NCBI GenBank assembly: GCA_918797485.1
Contig: CAKKNE010000001.1
Span: 248,001-312,000, forward strand
Direction of reading: 5' to 3'
DNA length: 64,000 bases
Origin: Pelagomonas calceolata
Taxonomy: Eukaryota
Below the pieces are notes generated by a model, which did no database searches, was not told where the DNA came from, and saw nothing but the letters and a program-made list of their open reading frames with translations. Position 1 is the stretch's first letter. Every line of letters begins with the position of its first letter. Positions 39,401-50,323 of this stretch are shown piece after piece. Position numbers and translations under genes: made by a program.

Positions 39401-42400
39401 ACGACCTCGCGCGTCTCGGGCGAGGCCATACCTCTGACAGCATCTCTATCTTCATTATCGTCGGGCAGCACGTCGTCGACCTGGCCGTCCTCGAGCTTGC
39501 GCACGTGGTTCTCGATGGCGTCGCCTGCGCGGCCAGCGACCGGTGAGTCCTGCGGTGGTTTCTTTTTCGATGTTGAGGCCGTTCGGACAGGTGGACTTCG
39601 TGAGCCTCCACGCCATCGAGCAGACGCAGGGCGCCTGAAGTTTGATTTCCACACAGGTCGTCACATAACGCCAGTACTAAGACTGGTAGGCCGGCACACT
39701 TCCTCCTCACGTTTTCTACGGTGGCCGGCGTCACGGCGTGTAAGGGTACATCTAGTGCGGCGCACAACAGTCTTGACGACGCGAAGGCGTCCAAAGGCTG
39801 TAGCGTGAGGTGGAGGATGCGATCTTCGAAGGACGCTAACCGCTCCCACGCAGCGGGGAGTTCCGCGCCGCCCCTTTTAGCTAGGACGACGACAACTCTC
39901 GCTCGACCACGTCTGGCCGGCGGCTTCGCCGTTAAATCCTCGAGGAGCTCCCACGACGGCGCGTCGAGTCGATGGGCGTTGTCCAAGAGTATCAGCGTTC
40001 TTCTAGGTAGGAAGCCCTTGCCCTGACTTGAGGTGAGGGCCGCAAAGACCGCGCCCAGAAATTCGCGCTTGAAGACCGGGCTTCCAGTCAACCTGCGCGG
40101 AGCATCGCGGTCTCGCGACGCGGTCCGATGTGGCATCGCGTCGACGGCGTCCTGATGACCACGTAGACCCTCGTGGGATCGCGTCGACGGCGTCGCGGCG
40201 GCGCTGTCTCGTGAAGACGCCATCGACGCGACCGCGCCGCGACGGCCCCGACGCGGTCCGAATGGCCCCAAACTCGAAAAAGAAACCACCCACGACATGG
40301 TACGAGTCGCATCGAATGAAGGCACCTTCATAAAACGCGGAGAGCGCACTCCTCGTCGTCTTCATCAAAACACGACAGGTGACCGCCGAACTTGACGCGC
40401 TGACTCCGCGTCATCTTGCCATGAACAAATTTAGCTCGTTCCCCGCCCTCGTACTCTTCTTCCTCTTCTATGTCGAGGGCCTTGCCCACTTTCGAGGCCA
40501 GTGCCGACAGGTGGAGCAACTCGTGGGCCGAATCGTCGAGGGTGAGCGGCGACTCCCGCCCCAGAGCCTTGGGCTCGGGCTCGCTCATCCTGACGGTGAG
40601 TAGATTCCTGATGATCGACAGCCAGACGGCGAAGGGCCGGCCCTGCGAGACCTCGTCGCGTGGGCTTCCACACATTTCCACTCATTTTGATGCACGGACG
40701 GACCTCTCTGAGCAACCGAGATTTGCCTAGTCCCGACTCCCCATCGACACTAATCACGCGACACGCGTCGCCGATGTCAAACTCGTCGCCCTCTGATTCA
40801 TCTGAATACTCGCTGCCCGCCCTACTATCGCCTCGCACCGCATCTAACACTGCGCTGATGTCTCTTAATACATCATCGTTGCCCGTGAAGGCCACGTCTT
40901 CATGAGTGAGAGTATGAGCTCTATCTTTAGCTGCTTCCTCGAGGCTGAACACCTGCGCGGAGCGACGCGGTCCGAACGGCCTCAAATCGATCTCGTCTGA
41001 TGGACACGAGTCGCATGGTATGAAGGCACCGACGTGGGACGCCGAGATCGCGGACCTTGACCATCTCCGAGAAGCCCTTGGCCTTGATGGGTTCGCACGC
41101 GTTGAAGACGCAGAGCCGAGCTTGCGGAGAAACTGAGGTAGCTCGCTCGATGCCGGACTCGACGTAGACGTCCTTATCGCTCTTGGCCGCGGCGCACATG
41201 AGCCGCGCCGCTAAATTCACGGAAGGGCCCATGACGGCGTACTCGCACCTGCGAGGACGACATGTGAAGTGTTGCGGCGCCTCCACTTCACTGATACGAC
41301 TCGTCTCCATGAGACGAGGTCTCTGGTCCGAATTTGGGCCGATTCGAGTCATGACGTCGGAAATAAAACCACCCACGTCATCGTGAGACGGACAGGAGTG
41401 TAGCACGGGACGCTGGTCTGGACCGGTTCGGCGCGCCGACAAGTCCACAAAAGCCGACGCCGACCGTCACGCCGCACTTCGCCCGCAAGTCGTACCGCTT
41501 CAAGGCACTGACAATCGCTAAAGCAACATGCGCCGCCCGGTACTCGTTGTCCTCGAACGAGTGGCCCCGGACGCCGAAGAACGCGATGGCCACGACGCCT
41601 GTGTCCATCGAACGTCATTCCGGCGATGGCGTCGCGACGCGCCTCCATCTCAGGGTGACGTGGTCTCTCGACGCGGTCCGAACGGCCTCAAAATCGTGTG
41701 TGAGACACGAGTCACGGGACGCCGAGACACGGACCCTTGTCGTCGACGATGAACTGCCTTAACATCCCGCGCTTGTCCTCGACGCACAGTTTTATAGTGA
41801 GAAAGCACGTCTGCACTCGATCCAAGTCGCCACTCAGCAACGCGTCCTCGAGGTTCCGAATCTCGACGAAGACCGTACTGACCTTCCTCTGTTCGGCTAA
41901 ATGGTCCTCCGGCGCCTTCTCCACGAGCGACTTCTTCTTGTCCGGCGACAGGCTCCCGGAGTCGCCCAGTTGTTCAAAAATTTCTCGGACTGAAGGGACG
42001 AGGTACGTCTTCAAAATACTCATGTGGGCCTTCTGCGTTAATCTTGAGCTACTGTTCCCTTGGTGCTGCAACTGGATCAAGGACGGTTCCTCCTGGTCTC
42101 GCCGAAAGCCGAAATCAAACGAATTGCGCCGCGGCTGCGCTTGGATGATGCGACACTCTTTGTGTGTTTTCTTCCCTTTGTAGCCCTTGCGCTCGAGCCG
42201 CGGCCACGTTTGTGGAGAGCACGCCGTCATGCCCGCCGACGCGCACGGTTCACTGATCGTAATTTGTTGTAAGGGCTCCCCAGCAATGACCGACTCCCAC
42301 CGGTCCCGGTCCCCGACTCGGTACAAAACGTAGCTACCACACCCGATGGCGCAGTGCATCCGCAGCACGGCGGAAACGCCGTCCTCGTCCACTTTATGGA

Positions 42401-42959
42401 CTCCACCGGTGGATGCTTTAGTGAGCTCGAGCGCGCACTTCGCGGCCAGCGCACAGGCCCCGTCCAAGTCGCCCTCGCCAGCACCGGCGACGGGGAAGAG
42501 CACGAGCATCGCGTCGCCCGCGAATTTTAAGACGTCGCCGCCGTTCCTCGCTATTATACCTACGGCTCGCGTGTAGATCTCGTTGATATGTCTTTTTAAT
42601 GCATCGATCCCGAGTGACGTCGACAAAGCCGTAAACCCACTGATATCGACGAAGAGCAACGCGCCGCGGCCCGGCCTCGCGGACGGCTGATCACACGCGG
42701 CAGGTAAGCGCCTCGTGCTCTTCGACAGGATGTCTCGCACGCTCGGCGACGTCGGCGGGCAGACCTCTAATAATTCCGCATGGACAGACGCCGGCGAGAA
42801 CTTCGCGAAGGAGTTCAGGAGATCGCTTCTATTTCTATTCCGCTCGAGGCGCTTCTTTCGGGTGGTGGCGGACTGGGGTAGACAGCTACAGTACCGCACC
42901 GTCGCCTGGGCGGGCTCGTCGTCATCATCGGCGTGCTTCGGCGACGAGAAGAAGCCCAT
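36471..42959 (-). CDS. Soluble adenylyl cyclase (ADCY10/sAC)-like protein: two class-III cyclase domains + STAND P-loop NTPase + inserted cNMP-binding domain + winged helix + TPR region; about 7 introns
   Basis: FVDISGFT, DVLKFAGDA, QFIVDDKG, EYAVMGPSVNLAARLM, IKAKG; GESGLGKS, LLDNAH; GETVISEGEQG...GERAML...RSATV; TPR-like AASALNGFG and VAQVAVSLG. A few apparent indels. Confidence 0.85.
37191..37353 (-). mobile_element. Introner-like intron
   Basis: GT-AG; removal gives SGRR|WGSAST; similar to intron 4533-4693. Confidence 0.7.
39217..39340 (-). mobile_element. Introner-like intron
   Basis: GT-AG ending ccacacag; removal gives KKFS|YVCHRL. Confidence 0.65.
39525..39664 (-). mobile_element. 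Introner element (TIR family) with degenerate TSD
   Basis: gtgacgac|ctgtgtggaaatcaaa...gcgcag|gcgacgcc. The internal core lies in the opposite orientation to most other introns. Confidence 0.75.
40093..40325 (-). mobile_element. Introner-like intron
   Basis: Near-identical to the VTC1 intron 25717-26002. Confidence 0.8.
40953..41055 (-). mobile_element. Introner-like intron
   Basis: GT-AG; removal gives EMVK|VFSLEE; shared core gcggtccgaacggcctcaaa. Confidence 0.75.
41249..41423 (-). mobile_element. Introner-like intron
   Basis: GT-AG; removal gives GAPNR|CEYAVMG; degenerate aaaccacccacgtcatcgtgag core. Confidence 0.7.
41599..41734 (-). mobile_element. Introner-like intron
   Basis: GT-AG; removal gives DDKG|VVAIAFFG; shared core present. 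Confidence 0.75.
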
Positions 42960-43467
42960 GGCTGCTCAGCTGTGCTCGGCGCCTCCTCGCGTCGCCTCCT
43001 CGCAGGCGCACGAGTCCCGCAGGCGACGATGTGGGGGTGACACTGAATCAGGCGTGCTGCCTCCCCAAGGACGGTCCCGGGGGCAGCCCGTGGGAATTAC
43101 GGCGGCTGCAAATTGCCCTCTCTCCCAAAATGCGCAAGCGAAAGGTTGCGGGTTGGGGTTGCACTAACCAAAGCTCCCGCCGCCCAGGCCGGCGCCCCGC
43201 GAGGCGTCACCGCGACGGCTCCCGCGCTCCGTCGCAGCCGCGCTCCAACTTCAAAACGAGAGCCCCCGTCACCGATATTTGCCGTGCCCTCTCGTTTTTG
43301 CTCCCAGCGCTAAATTCGCGCAGGTGCGCGGGAGGGCGCGGCCGAGCGCCGGCCACGCGCTTTGCAGTCCGTTGCGCAGCTGCAGCCGCGCGTGGGCAGC
43401 CCGGTGCGGCAGCGGCGCGCCGCCCAGGGGCAGCCTCTCCCTGCATCTGCCGTGATCCCAGGGAAGG

Positions 43468-46069
43468 ATGGGCGCCGGCGGCTCGACGCAGACGCCCAAG
43501 CGGCACGACCGCCGGAGCCGAGGTTCACGCGACTCCGAGGACACGGGCAGCACCGCCTCGGCGTTCGGCCGCGGCGATAGGGAACGCTGCCTCCTCCACG
43601 CGCAAGCCGTAGATAAACACTCTACCTTATTACCGGACCACGCGCGATTGGAGCTCGAAGCGCTCATCTCAACGCTCGAGCACGGCCGCGTCTACGACGA
43701 CGACGACGATTCAAAAGCCAGTTCATTGAACGACCTCCAGCACTTCGCTCCCCACAGTAATGAGAAGGTCCAGACGTGGCTGAGAACTACTTTGTGTACG
43801 GACCAAGAAGGTCGGGATGTGAGAAAGTCCACCGACGTCACGGATGCGCGGACGTCGGTCACTGGACTGCCCTCGACGTTTCTCCTGACGGACGCTCGGA
43901 CGTCTGTATCAACACTGAGAGGTTCCCAGACCGATATCATAGCTGCTGCTGCCGCGGGTGATTTAGAAGCTTTACGTAAAACACCAAAAGAAAGAATTGA
44001 CGACGGCGACTACGACCAGCGAACAGCTCTACACTTGGCGGCGTCGAACGGCCGATTAACCGTAGTAGCGTGTCTCGTCGATGAATTGGGCGCAAATATC
44101 TCCCCAATTGATAGGTGGGGCGGGACGCCCCTCGACGACGCGGTCCGACATGCCCATACGTCTGTCAAAGATTTCCTCGAGGGTAGAGGTGGTTTAAGAG
44201 GTGTCAGTCAACCAGGAGAGTGGGACGAGGGTGCCGATTTGTGCGACGCGGCGAAGAAGGGCGACGTGGCACGGTTGCGGCGCTTGGCGATGCAGAAGCA
44301 GCAGGGCGTGAATCAGGCGGATTATGACGGGCGGTGTGCGCTACACTTGGCTTCTTGTAGTGGTCGGTTAGATGTTGTTAGAGTGCTGGTCGAGGAGCTC
44401 AATGCGGCATTGGACGTATCAGATAGGTGGGGCGGTACTGCGTTAGATGATGCGGAGCGCGAGGGTCATTCTGCTGTGGTAGACTATCTGATGGAAAGGG
44501 GCGCACCTCGAGGGTATTCTCGTCGCTCGAGACACACGCGCTGACGCTCGACGACTTCCCGGACGAATTAGATGATGTGGACGTGCAAGTAAGGGTCACG
44601 GAGGCGTGGCTCGCGGCGCTGAAAGAAAGAACGAGAGAAGACTTCGACGGACGCCGAGGACGATTTCAGGACGCTGCCCGCGTTCAAATCCGTGGACGCG
44701 TGGACGGAGGATGTCCAGTTCGACATTGATTCGTGGGAGTACGACGTGATTAAGCTCCATGAGATGACGAATGGCCATGCTCTCGCAGCTGTAGGGCCCA
44801 TCTTGTTACAACGACATAGTCTGATGGAGCGATGCGCACTCGATCAAAGTGTAGTGCAAAGCTTCTTCGCATCAATTGAAGCGAACTACGGCGAGAACCC
44901 GTACCACAACGCCCAGCACGCGGCGGACGTTTCTGTTGCAGTACATTTATTTCTGTCAGAACACGACCTCATGGAGACGCGCTTCGCCGACCCCGTGGCT
45001 TGTCTCGCGGTCTTAATCGCGGGTGTCGTGCATGATTTTGCCCACCCCGGGACGACCAATCAGCACGAGGTCAAGATTGATAGTAAGAGGCACAAGGCCT
45101 TTGGGGACGCGGGCATCCTGGAAAAGTTCCACGTCCGGGCGGCCTTCGCGTTGATGCGGCGGCCGGAGCTGAACATCTTGGCGCCGCTGGATCACGCGGG
45201 CTACGCGAGAGCGCGAAAGGCCATCGTCAAAGCTGTATTAGCGACGGATCTGGGGCGGCACATGACTTATGTGGAAAGATTGAATGAGATGGCCATGCTC
45301 GAAGGAGCTAGGTCCCACGGCACGCGCGTGAACTCCGGTCAAGAAACGTGGACGTCGCCGTTTCTCGATCCCGAGAAGTGCGGGCGGGACTTGGTGGCCG
45401 CCGTAGCTCTCAAATTTGCTGATTTGGGCCACGCCTGCAAGAAACGCGTGTTGCACGAGGAGTGGACGGCTCGCATCACGAACGAGTTCTGGGCGCTCGG
45501 GGAGCGGGAGCGGAGTTTGGACGTGGCGATCTCGCCCTTGTGTGATCGATCCACAGATATTGATGTGGCCAAGTCGCAGGTGGGCTTCTTCTCGTTCATC
45601 TGCATGCCGTTTTATACCGTGGTGGCCTGTGTGGAAATCAAAATTTTACGCGCGCGTTCCATCGACGCGACGCCTGCTCGATGGCGGCACCCGACACACT
45701 GGTTGATTTCCGCACAGGTGGTCGCCGACCTCGTGGACCCGGACATGCTTCCTCTGTCTAGACTGAAGCAGAACCTGCGGTACTGGCCTGTGTGGAAATC
45801 AACCAGTGCGTCGCGTGCACCCGACAATTCTTCACTAAGTCATTTCTCGGCGACGACGCGGCCGTGCTGGCTCCGTCGGGCGGCGAGGAACTTGCATCGC
45901 TACGCCATCGAGCAGGCGTCGCGTCGATGGCGTGGAGGCCGACTCGGCGATTCAGCACGAACGCGTCGTAAAACTTTGATTTACACACAGGTACTGGCAG
46001 ACGAAGAAACACGCGCGGCGGTGGGAGGCCCAGGCGAAGCTGGCGGGGCCCCTGCGACGGCCCTCGTGA
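43468..46069 (+). CDS. Ankyrin-repeat + class I 3',5'-cyclic nucleotide phosphodiesterase; probable N-myristoylation (MGAGGS)
   Basis: Two ankyrin pairs (DYDQRTALHLAA...DRWGGTPLDDA). PDE motifs NPYHNAQHAADV, HDFAHPG, LEKFH, LATDL, KFADLGH, EFWALG and SQVGF. The linker 44510-44630 needs compensating indels or an intron. Two introners lie near the 3' end; stop at 46067-46069. Confidence 0.85.
45619..45717 (+). mobile_element. Introner element with TIR and 8-bp TSD (99 nt, in frame, stop-free)
   Basis: gtggtggc|ctgtgtggaaatcaa...ttgatttccgcacag|gtggtcgc. Confidence 0.88.
45780..45990 (+). mobile_element. Introner element with TIR and perfect 8-bp TSD (211 nt)
   Basis: gtactggc|ctgtgtggaaatcaa...ttgatttacacacag|gtactggc; internal part similar to 10204-10367. 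Confidence 0.9.
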
Positions 46070-46250
46070 AGATTGTACATATTGTTTGCTGCTCCGCCAC
46101 GGAGCCTTAATTCGAGTTGCTGCCTAATGTCCATAGTACTAATGCCCGAGTCCTGGATTACGCCCGGCCTCCGCCCCCCTCGCCGTCGCTGCCTCCGAGC
46201 TCACTCCCGAGGCCCGGGGGCGACGGCGTATGAGGGCCGGGGGTCACGCG

Positions 46251-47104
46251 ACCAGGGGGCGCTACGCCTCAAACAGCATAGCCAAAAAGTAAGAACGGAG
46301 CCCCTAAGGCCCAGGGAGGACGCCCCCGCCGCGTAGGCGCCCTAAGTACCCTCATTCGCCCCTCCGGAGGCTCCCGCTTTGACACTGGAGTCACATGGCG
46401 GTCACGGATACTCGCGCGGAGACGCCGGCGTCGACGCCCGCGAGCTAACGCGGATGTTCGCTTGCAACCAAGCGTCGAGGATCGATTGCCAATTCGTCGA
46501 GGACATCATATACGGCGTCTTCGCTGCGCGTAGCACCGGTTTACGTCATTTAGTCGACCGTCGCACGTCGAATAGCGGCTGGCAGCGCCAAATCCGGCCT
46601 CTGGGCTCCTTATGCTGCGCGTTCATGCCGTTTTCGTGCGCGCGGACGTTGTGAGCGAGCATACCAGTAGTGTTGCTGCCAAATCCGTCGCTGACGGTGT
46701 TCCTAAGCGCCCCGGGGCAGCTCGCAAGTGCGAGATGCTCTCACAACTTTAGCTAAAAATAGCAAATACTGCTTCAACAAAAACCTGAAGAGGGGGTTTC
46801 TGTCTCTGTACCCAGGCAGGGGAGCTTTCGGTGGCAGCCACCCACCCTAGAACCGCTGGGGTACACTCCCATAGGCTCCCAGTCTTGCCTCCAGCAGTTG
46901 TACGTAGCCACTGGGGGCCGTCCCGTCGGCCCGCGTCGCGCCAGGATAACCCGGCCCCATAGCTCCCTACCCCGGTCTACGCGTCACGGAGGGTCCCCGG
47001 GCGGCCCCCAGAACGCGCCAGGCAGCAGTGGGGCGCTCTATCGTACGCCTAGGGACGATTTATGGCCATTCCAGCATGCCGGTTGAGGCGTAGCGCCCCC
47101 TGGT
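46251..47104. mobile_element. MITE-like non-autonomous DNA transposon (854 bp)
   Basis: Perfect 22-bp TIR accagggggcgctacgcctcaa (46251-46272 and 47083-47104), imperfect to about 29 bp. Flanked by the direct repeat cacgcg. No credible ORF inside. Confidence 0.75.
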
Positions 47105-47184
47105 CACGCGGAACCCGCCTCGGCCGGGAAGCAACACAAAAATAAAGCTAAACTTACACCTCCTTGGCCACGGGCAGCCCCTTT

Positions 47185-49031
47185 TTACTGGCTTTGTTGC
47201 TTGTTGCCCCGATCGAAGACCGCCCGACACGCTTTGTACGACGTCCATAAACAAAAAAGCCCGACGAGAACCGTCACCAGATTCAGGGACTCGTCCTCGG
47301 GCAGCGGAAGGTGTTCTGCTGCCCTCTGTTCTAGGTGTCGGATGTCCGAGCCGACGACGCGCGCCTCCGCCACCAACTGACGCGCCTCCTTCGCGATGAA
47401 GTGCTCGACGACCTCGGCCTCGTGGACGACCTCGTGCGCCTCCTTCTCGACGAACTGCTCGCCCCGCCAGATTTCCCTAGCTAAGTCGTCGTGCAGCGAT
47501 TTCGGCGGCGTGATGGAGTTGTGCAGGTGCTCCAGCCCCTGCGCCGCCCAGCCGCCGCCGCCGCAGTCCCAGGGCACCCAATCGATGTTCCCGTCGCTGT
47601 TGCCGGAGCCGGAGACGGTCCGATTCCGCAGATTGATACCGGTAAACGCGATCAGGTCGTCCAAGCTCCTCTTCGTGCCCAGTCCATACTTTCCTAAAGA
47701 GGACACCATAGAAGGATCACCGCCCGGCATGCCCAGCAACGTCCATATTCTTTTATTGGCCGCGTCTCTCGCTTTGATAATCGTCTGGTTGCGATTGAGC
47801 CGAGGTCCACCTGCGCGGAGCATCGCATGGACACGAGTCGCGTCGACGGCGTGAAGGCACCGCAGCACCGCGGGACGCCGAGATCGCACCTCGCCCGTTC
47901 CATTTAAAATGAGTGGGATCGCCCTGCGTATGTTTATAATCGTGGGCTATGAGCGTCTTGGGAGGAGTATATATGTCGTATCCGTGCGTGAAAAACCGAG
48001 CCGTCCTCGAGAACTCCTCGCCCCAGAAGATGTAGGGCGTGTAGGGGTCGTAGGGCACCGTCCGCTCCGCATGGCACCTACTAAATGATAAACCAGCCGC
48101 CCAGAGCGTCGTGAGCTTCGGCTTCTTGAGGAGCCGCGCCGCCTTCGCCTGCATGTTCCGCACGTGGCCGTTCTCCCACTGGATCGAACACAAGTGGGGC
48201 ACCTCCCAGACCTGCGTGGAGCATCGCGGTCTCGCGACGCGGTCCGAATGGCCTCGATATCGAAAAAGAAACCACCCAAGACCTCGTCTGATGGACACGA
48301 GTCGCGTCGATGGCGTGAAACCGCCGCAGCACCGCGGGACGCCGAGATCGCACCCCATTGACGTTTCTCATCGACCCGTCGTCGTTCAAATTCGTCGAGT
48401 CGGCGACGTACGTACTCAAAACTGCATATTCGTTCTGAGCATCATACCACTGCTGGATCTGTAACGTGTCCCAGTCCTGGGCGAAGGTCATGTGGCTATC
48501 GGTCCTTAGGCAGAACTCGGCACTGTCCGGTAACATGTCCGTGTCTTGCGCGCGCGCCCACGTCGGGCCCTTGGCCTCCTCCGACGAAAAGCGTTTGATG
48601 GAGATTTGACCTCTCCTAGGGCAGGGCGCATCTGCGGGTAAGTTCTGAGCGATTCTCGCGTCGTCGCAGTACTTTTCTAAACAATCGAGGTCCTCTGGGA
48701 GGTTCTGCTGGATCACTGCCACTCGTATTCTATCGGGGTATTTGGCTCGCAAAAACATGTTCGTGATCGTGTCCGGGCAGATCGAATCTCTGAATGAGGC
48801 GATGGCCGCATACACGATCGATTGGTCATGATCGCTTGCGCTGCCGACGGGCGGGCACGGTTTTGGGATGTCTTCTCTATCAACGATCCTTAACCACTTG
48901 CCGTCATGGGGACCGACCCAGACGCAGGGTTCCCTCTGGGGCGCCGGGAGCGTGCACTTCCGATCGAGCGGGTCGCAGTCCGGGCCCAGGCCGGCTTCTA
49001 CTACTGCTGCGAGTGCTAGCAGCCATTTCAT
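47185..49031 (-). CDS. GT60 GlcNAc-transferase (Skp1-hydroxyproline GlcNAc-transferase family), secretory-type with C-terminal TM; two introns
   Basis: IASFRD, AKGPTWAR, LRTDSHMTF..DWD, VLSTY, LWAAGLSFS, PYDPYTPYIFWGEE, FTHGYDIYTP. Confidence 0.88.
47811..47889 (-). mobile_element. Introner-like intron
   Basis: gtgcgatctcggcgtcccgcgg...gatgctccgcgcag; an internally deleted relative of 48212-48353. Confidence 0.8.
48212..48353 (-). mobile_element. Introner-like intron
   Basis: GT-AG; removal gives NVNG|VWEVPH; full shared core. Confidence 0.8.
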
Positions 49032-49463
49032 GGTGCTGCTGCAGTCGTTTTGTCGTCTCAGCGACGTCGCGGCGTCGCACGCGAGGCAGCGAAGCCGTCT
49101 GTGGCAGTCCTGGGGCTCTTGCGCGGCGTCGCAGCGACGTAGACTGGTGAGCCGGACGTATGCGAGACCTGGCGTGTGTGCGCGATGCAGCTGCTGGCCA
49201 ACGCAGCCCTGCGACGCTCGTTGGCTAGCACTTGGCCAAATTTTTTTAGCTTTTGGCTAGTAGGGTTACGCTAGGCGTGCAAAAAGGGAAGAGGCAAAAC
49301 TGGGCCTGTGCCGCTTAACCTCGCCTACAAATTGGCAACTAGTACTTGCGCTACACCTTTGACAGCCCTCTGCCGCTGTGGACGCCGTACGGTCGCCTCG
49401 CGTGCCGTAGTTTTGTTTGTACTGCATACAACTGTGATTGGGTCAGACCCGAGAAGCAGCACC

Positions 49464-50288
49464 ATGGCGACCGAAGGGACGCCGTTCCGCGATAGGTACG
49501 CCAGCGAGGCGCGCGCGGCCGCGGCACGCGCGCACGCGCCGCCATTGGAAGAACCCCCGACGCCCGTGCCCCGGCGCGTGCACGCGCCGTCGTCGCCCGC
49601 GCCGCGACCGACCGCCCCGACGCCGACGCCGCCTTCCAAATTACTGCAGCGCTACCTCGCCTCCGAGGCGACGAAGATACCGGAATCGAGCGCATCGGGC
49701 GGCGCGGCCCTTGAGGCGGAGGTACGAGCGCGGACACGCGCCTTGGAGCTCGAGGTGGCGCGCGCCGACGGTGCGAGCGCGGTCGCCCGTGCCGACGGTG
49801 CGAGCGCGCACACGACGTACCATGGCCGGCGGCGCGTGCGAAACGACGGTGACGGCCTCGACGGCGCGGCGCGCGGCGTCGACGCCGCGGCTCGGGCGGT
49901 GCGGCGCGCGCGGGCCGCGAGCGCGCGCGTGGACAAAGAGAACGACGCCGGCGTCTCGCTCGAGGTCCTCAAGTTGGCGCGAGACGTCGCTCGCCACATC
50001 GAGGCCTCGAGCCGCGTGCTCCAGGACGCGACGGCAGTGCTGGCGAAGTTCGAGGATCCGGCGAACGAGAAGGCTTTGTCTAGAGATCAGGTCCGAGCGT
50101 TCGACGCGGACGGTGGCGCCGAAACGGCAGCTCCGGCGCGTCCGGGCGACGAGGACGCTTGGACGGACGGCAGCTCAGGTGCCCTGACGCCGCGGCGCGA
50201 TGCTGCGCCCTGCGCGGAGTCGGACGCCTGGACGGACGCCTCGGACGACGAACCCCCGCCTCCGCCGACGCCGCCCCCCGAGGACTGA
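49464..50288 (+). CDS. Hypothetical low-complexity/coiled-coil protein
   Basis: Open ORF from ATG in an accATGg context; no recognisable domain. Confidence 0.5.
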   Translation: MATEGTPFRDRYASEARAAAARAHAPPLEEPPTPVPRRVHAPSSPAPRPTAPTPTPPSKLLQRYLASEATKIPESSASGGAALEAEVRARTRALELEVARADGASAVARADGASAHTTYHGRRRVRNDGDGLDGAARGVDAAARAVRRARAASARVDKENDAGVSLEVLKLARDVARHIEASSRVLQDATAVLAKFEDPANEKALSRDQVRAFDADGGAETAAPARPGDEDAWTDGSSGALTPRRDAAPCAESDAWTDASDDEPPPPPTPPPED

Positions 50289-50323
50289 CCATTTTGCAAG
50301 TAAAAAAACAAAATACACATCTA

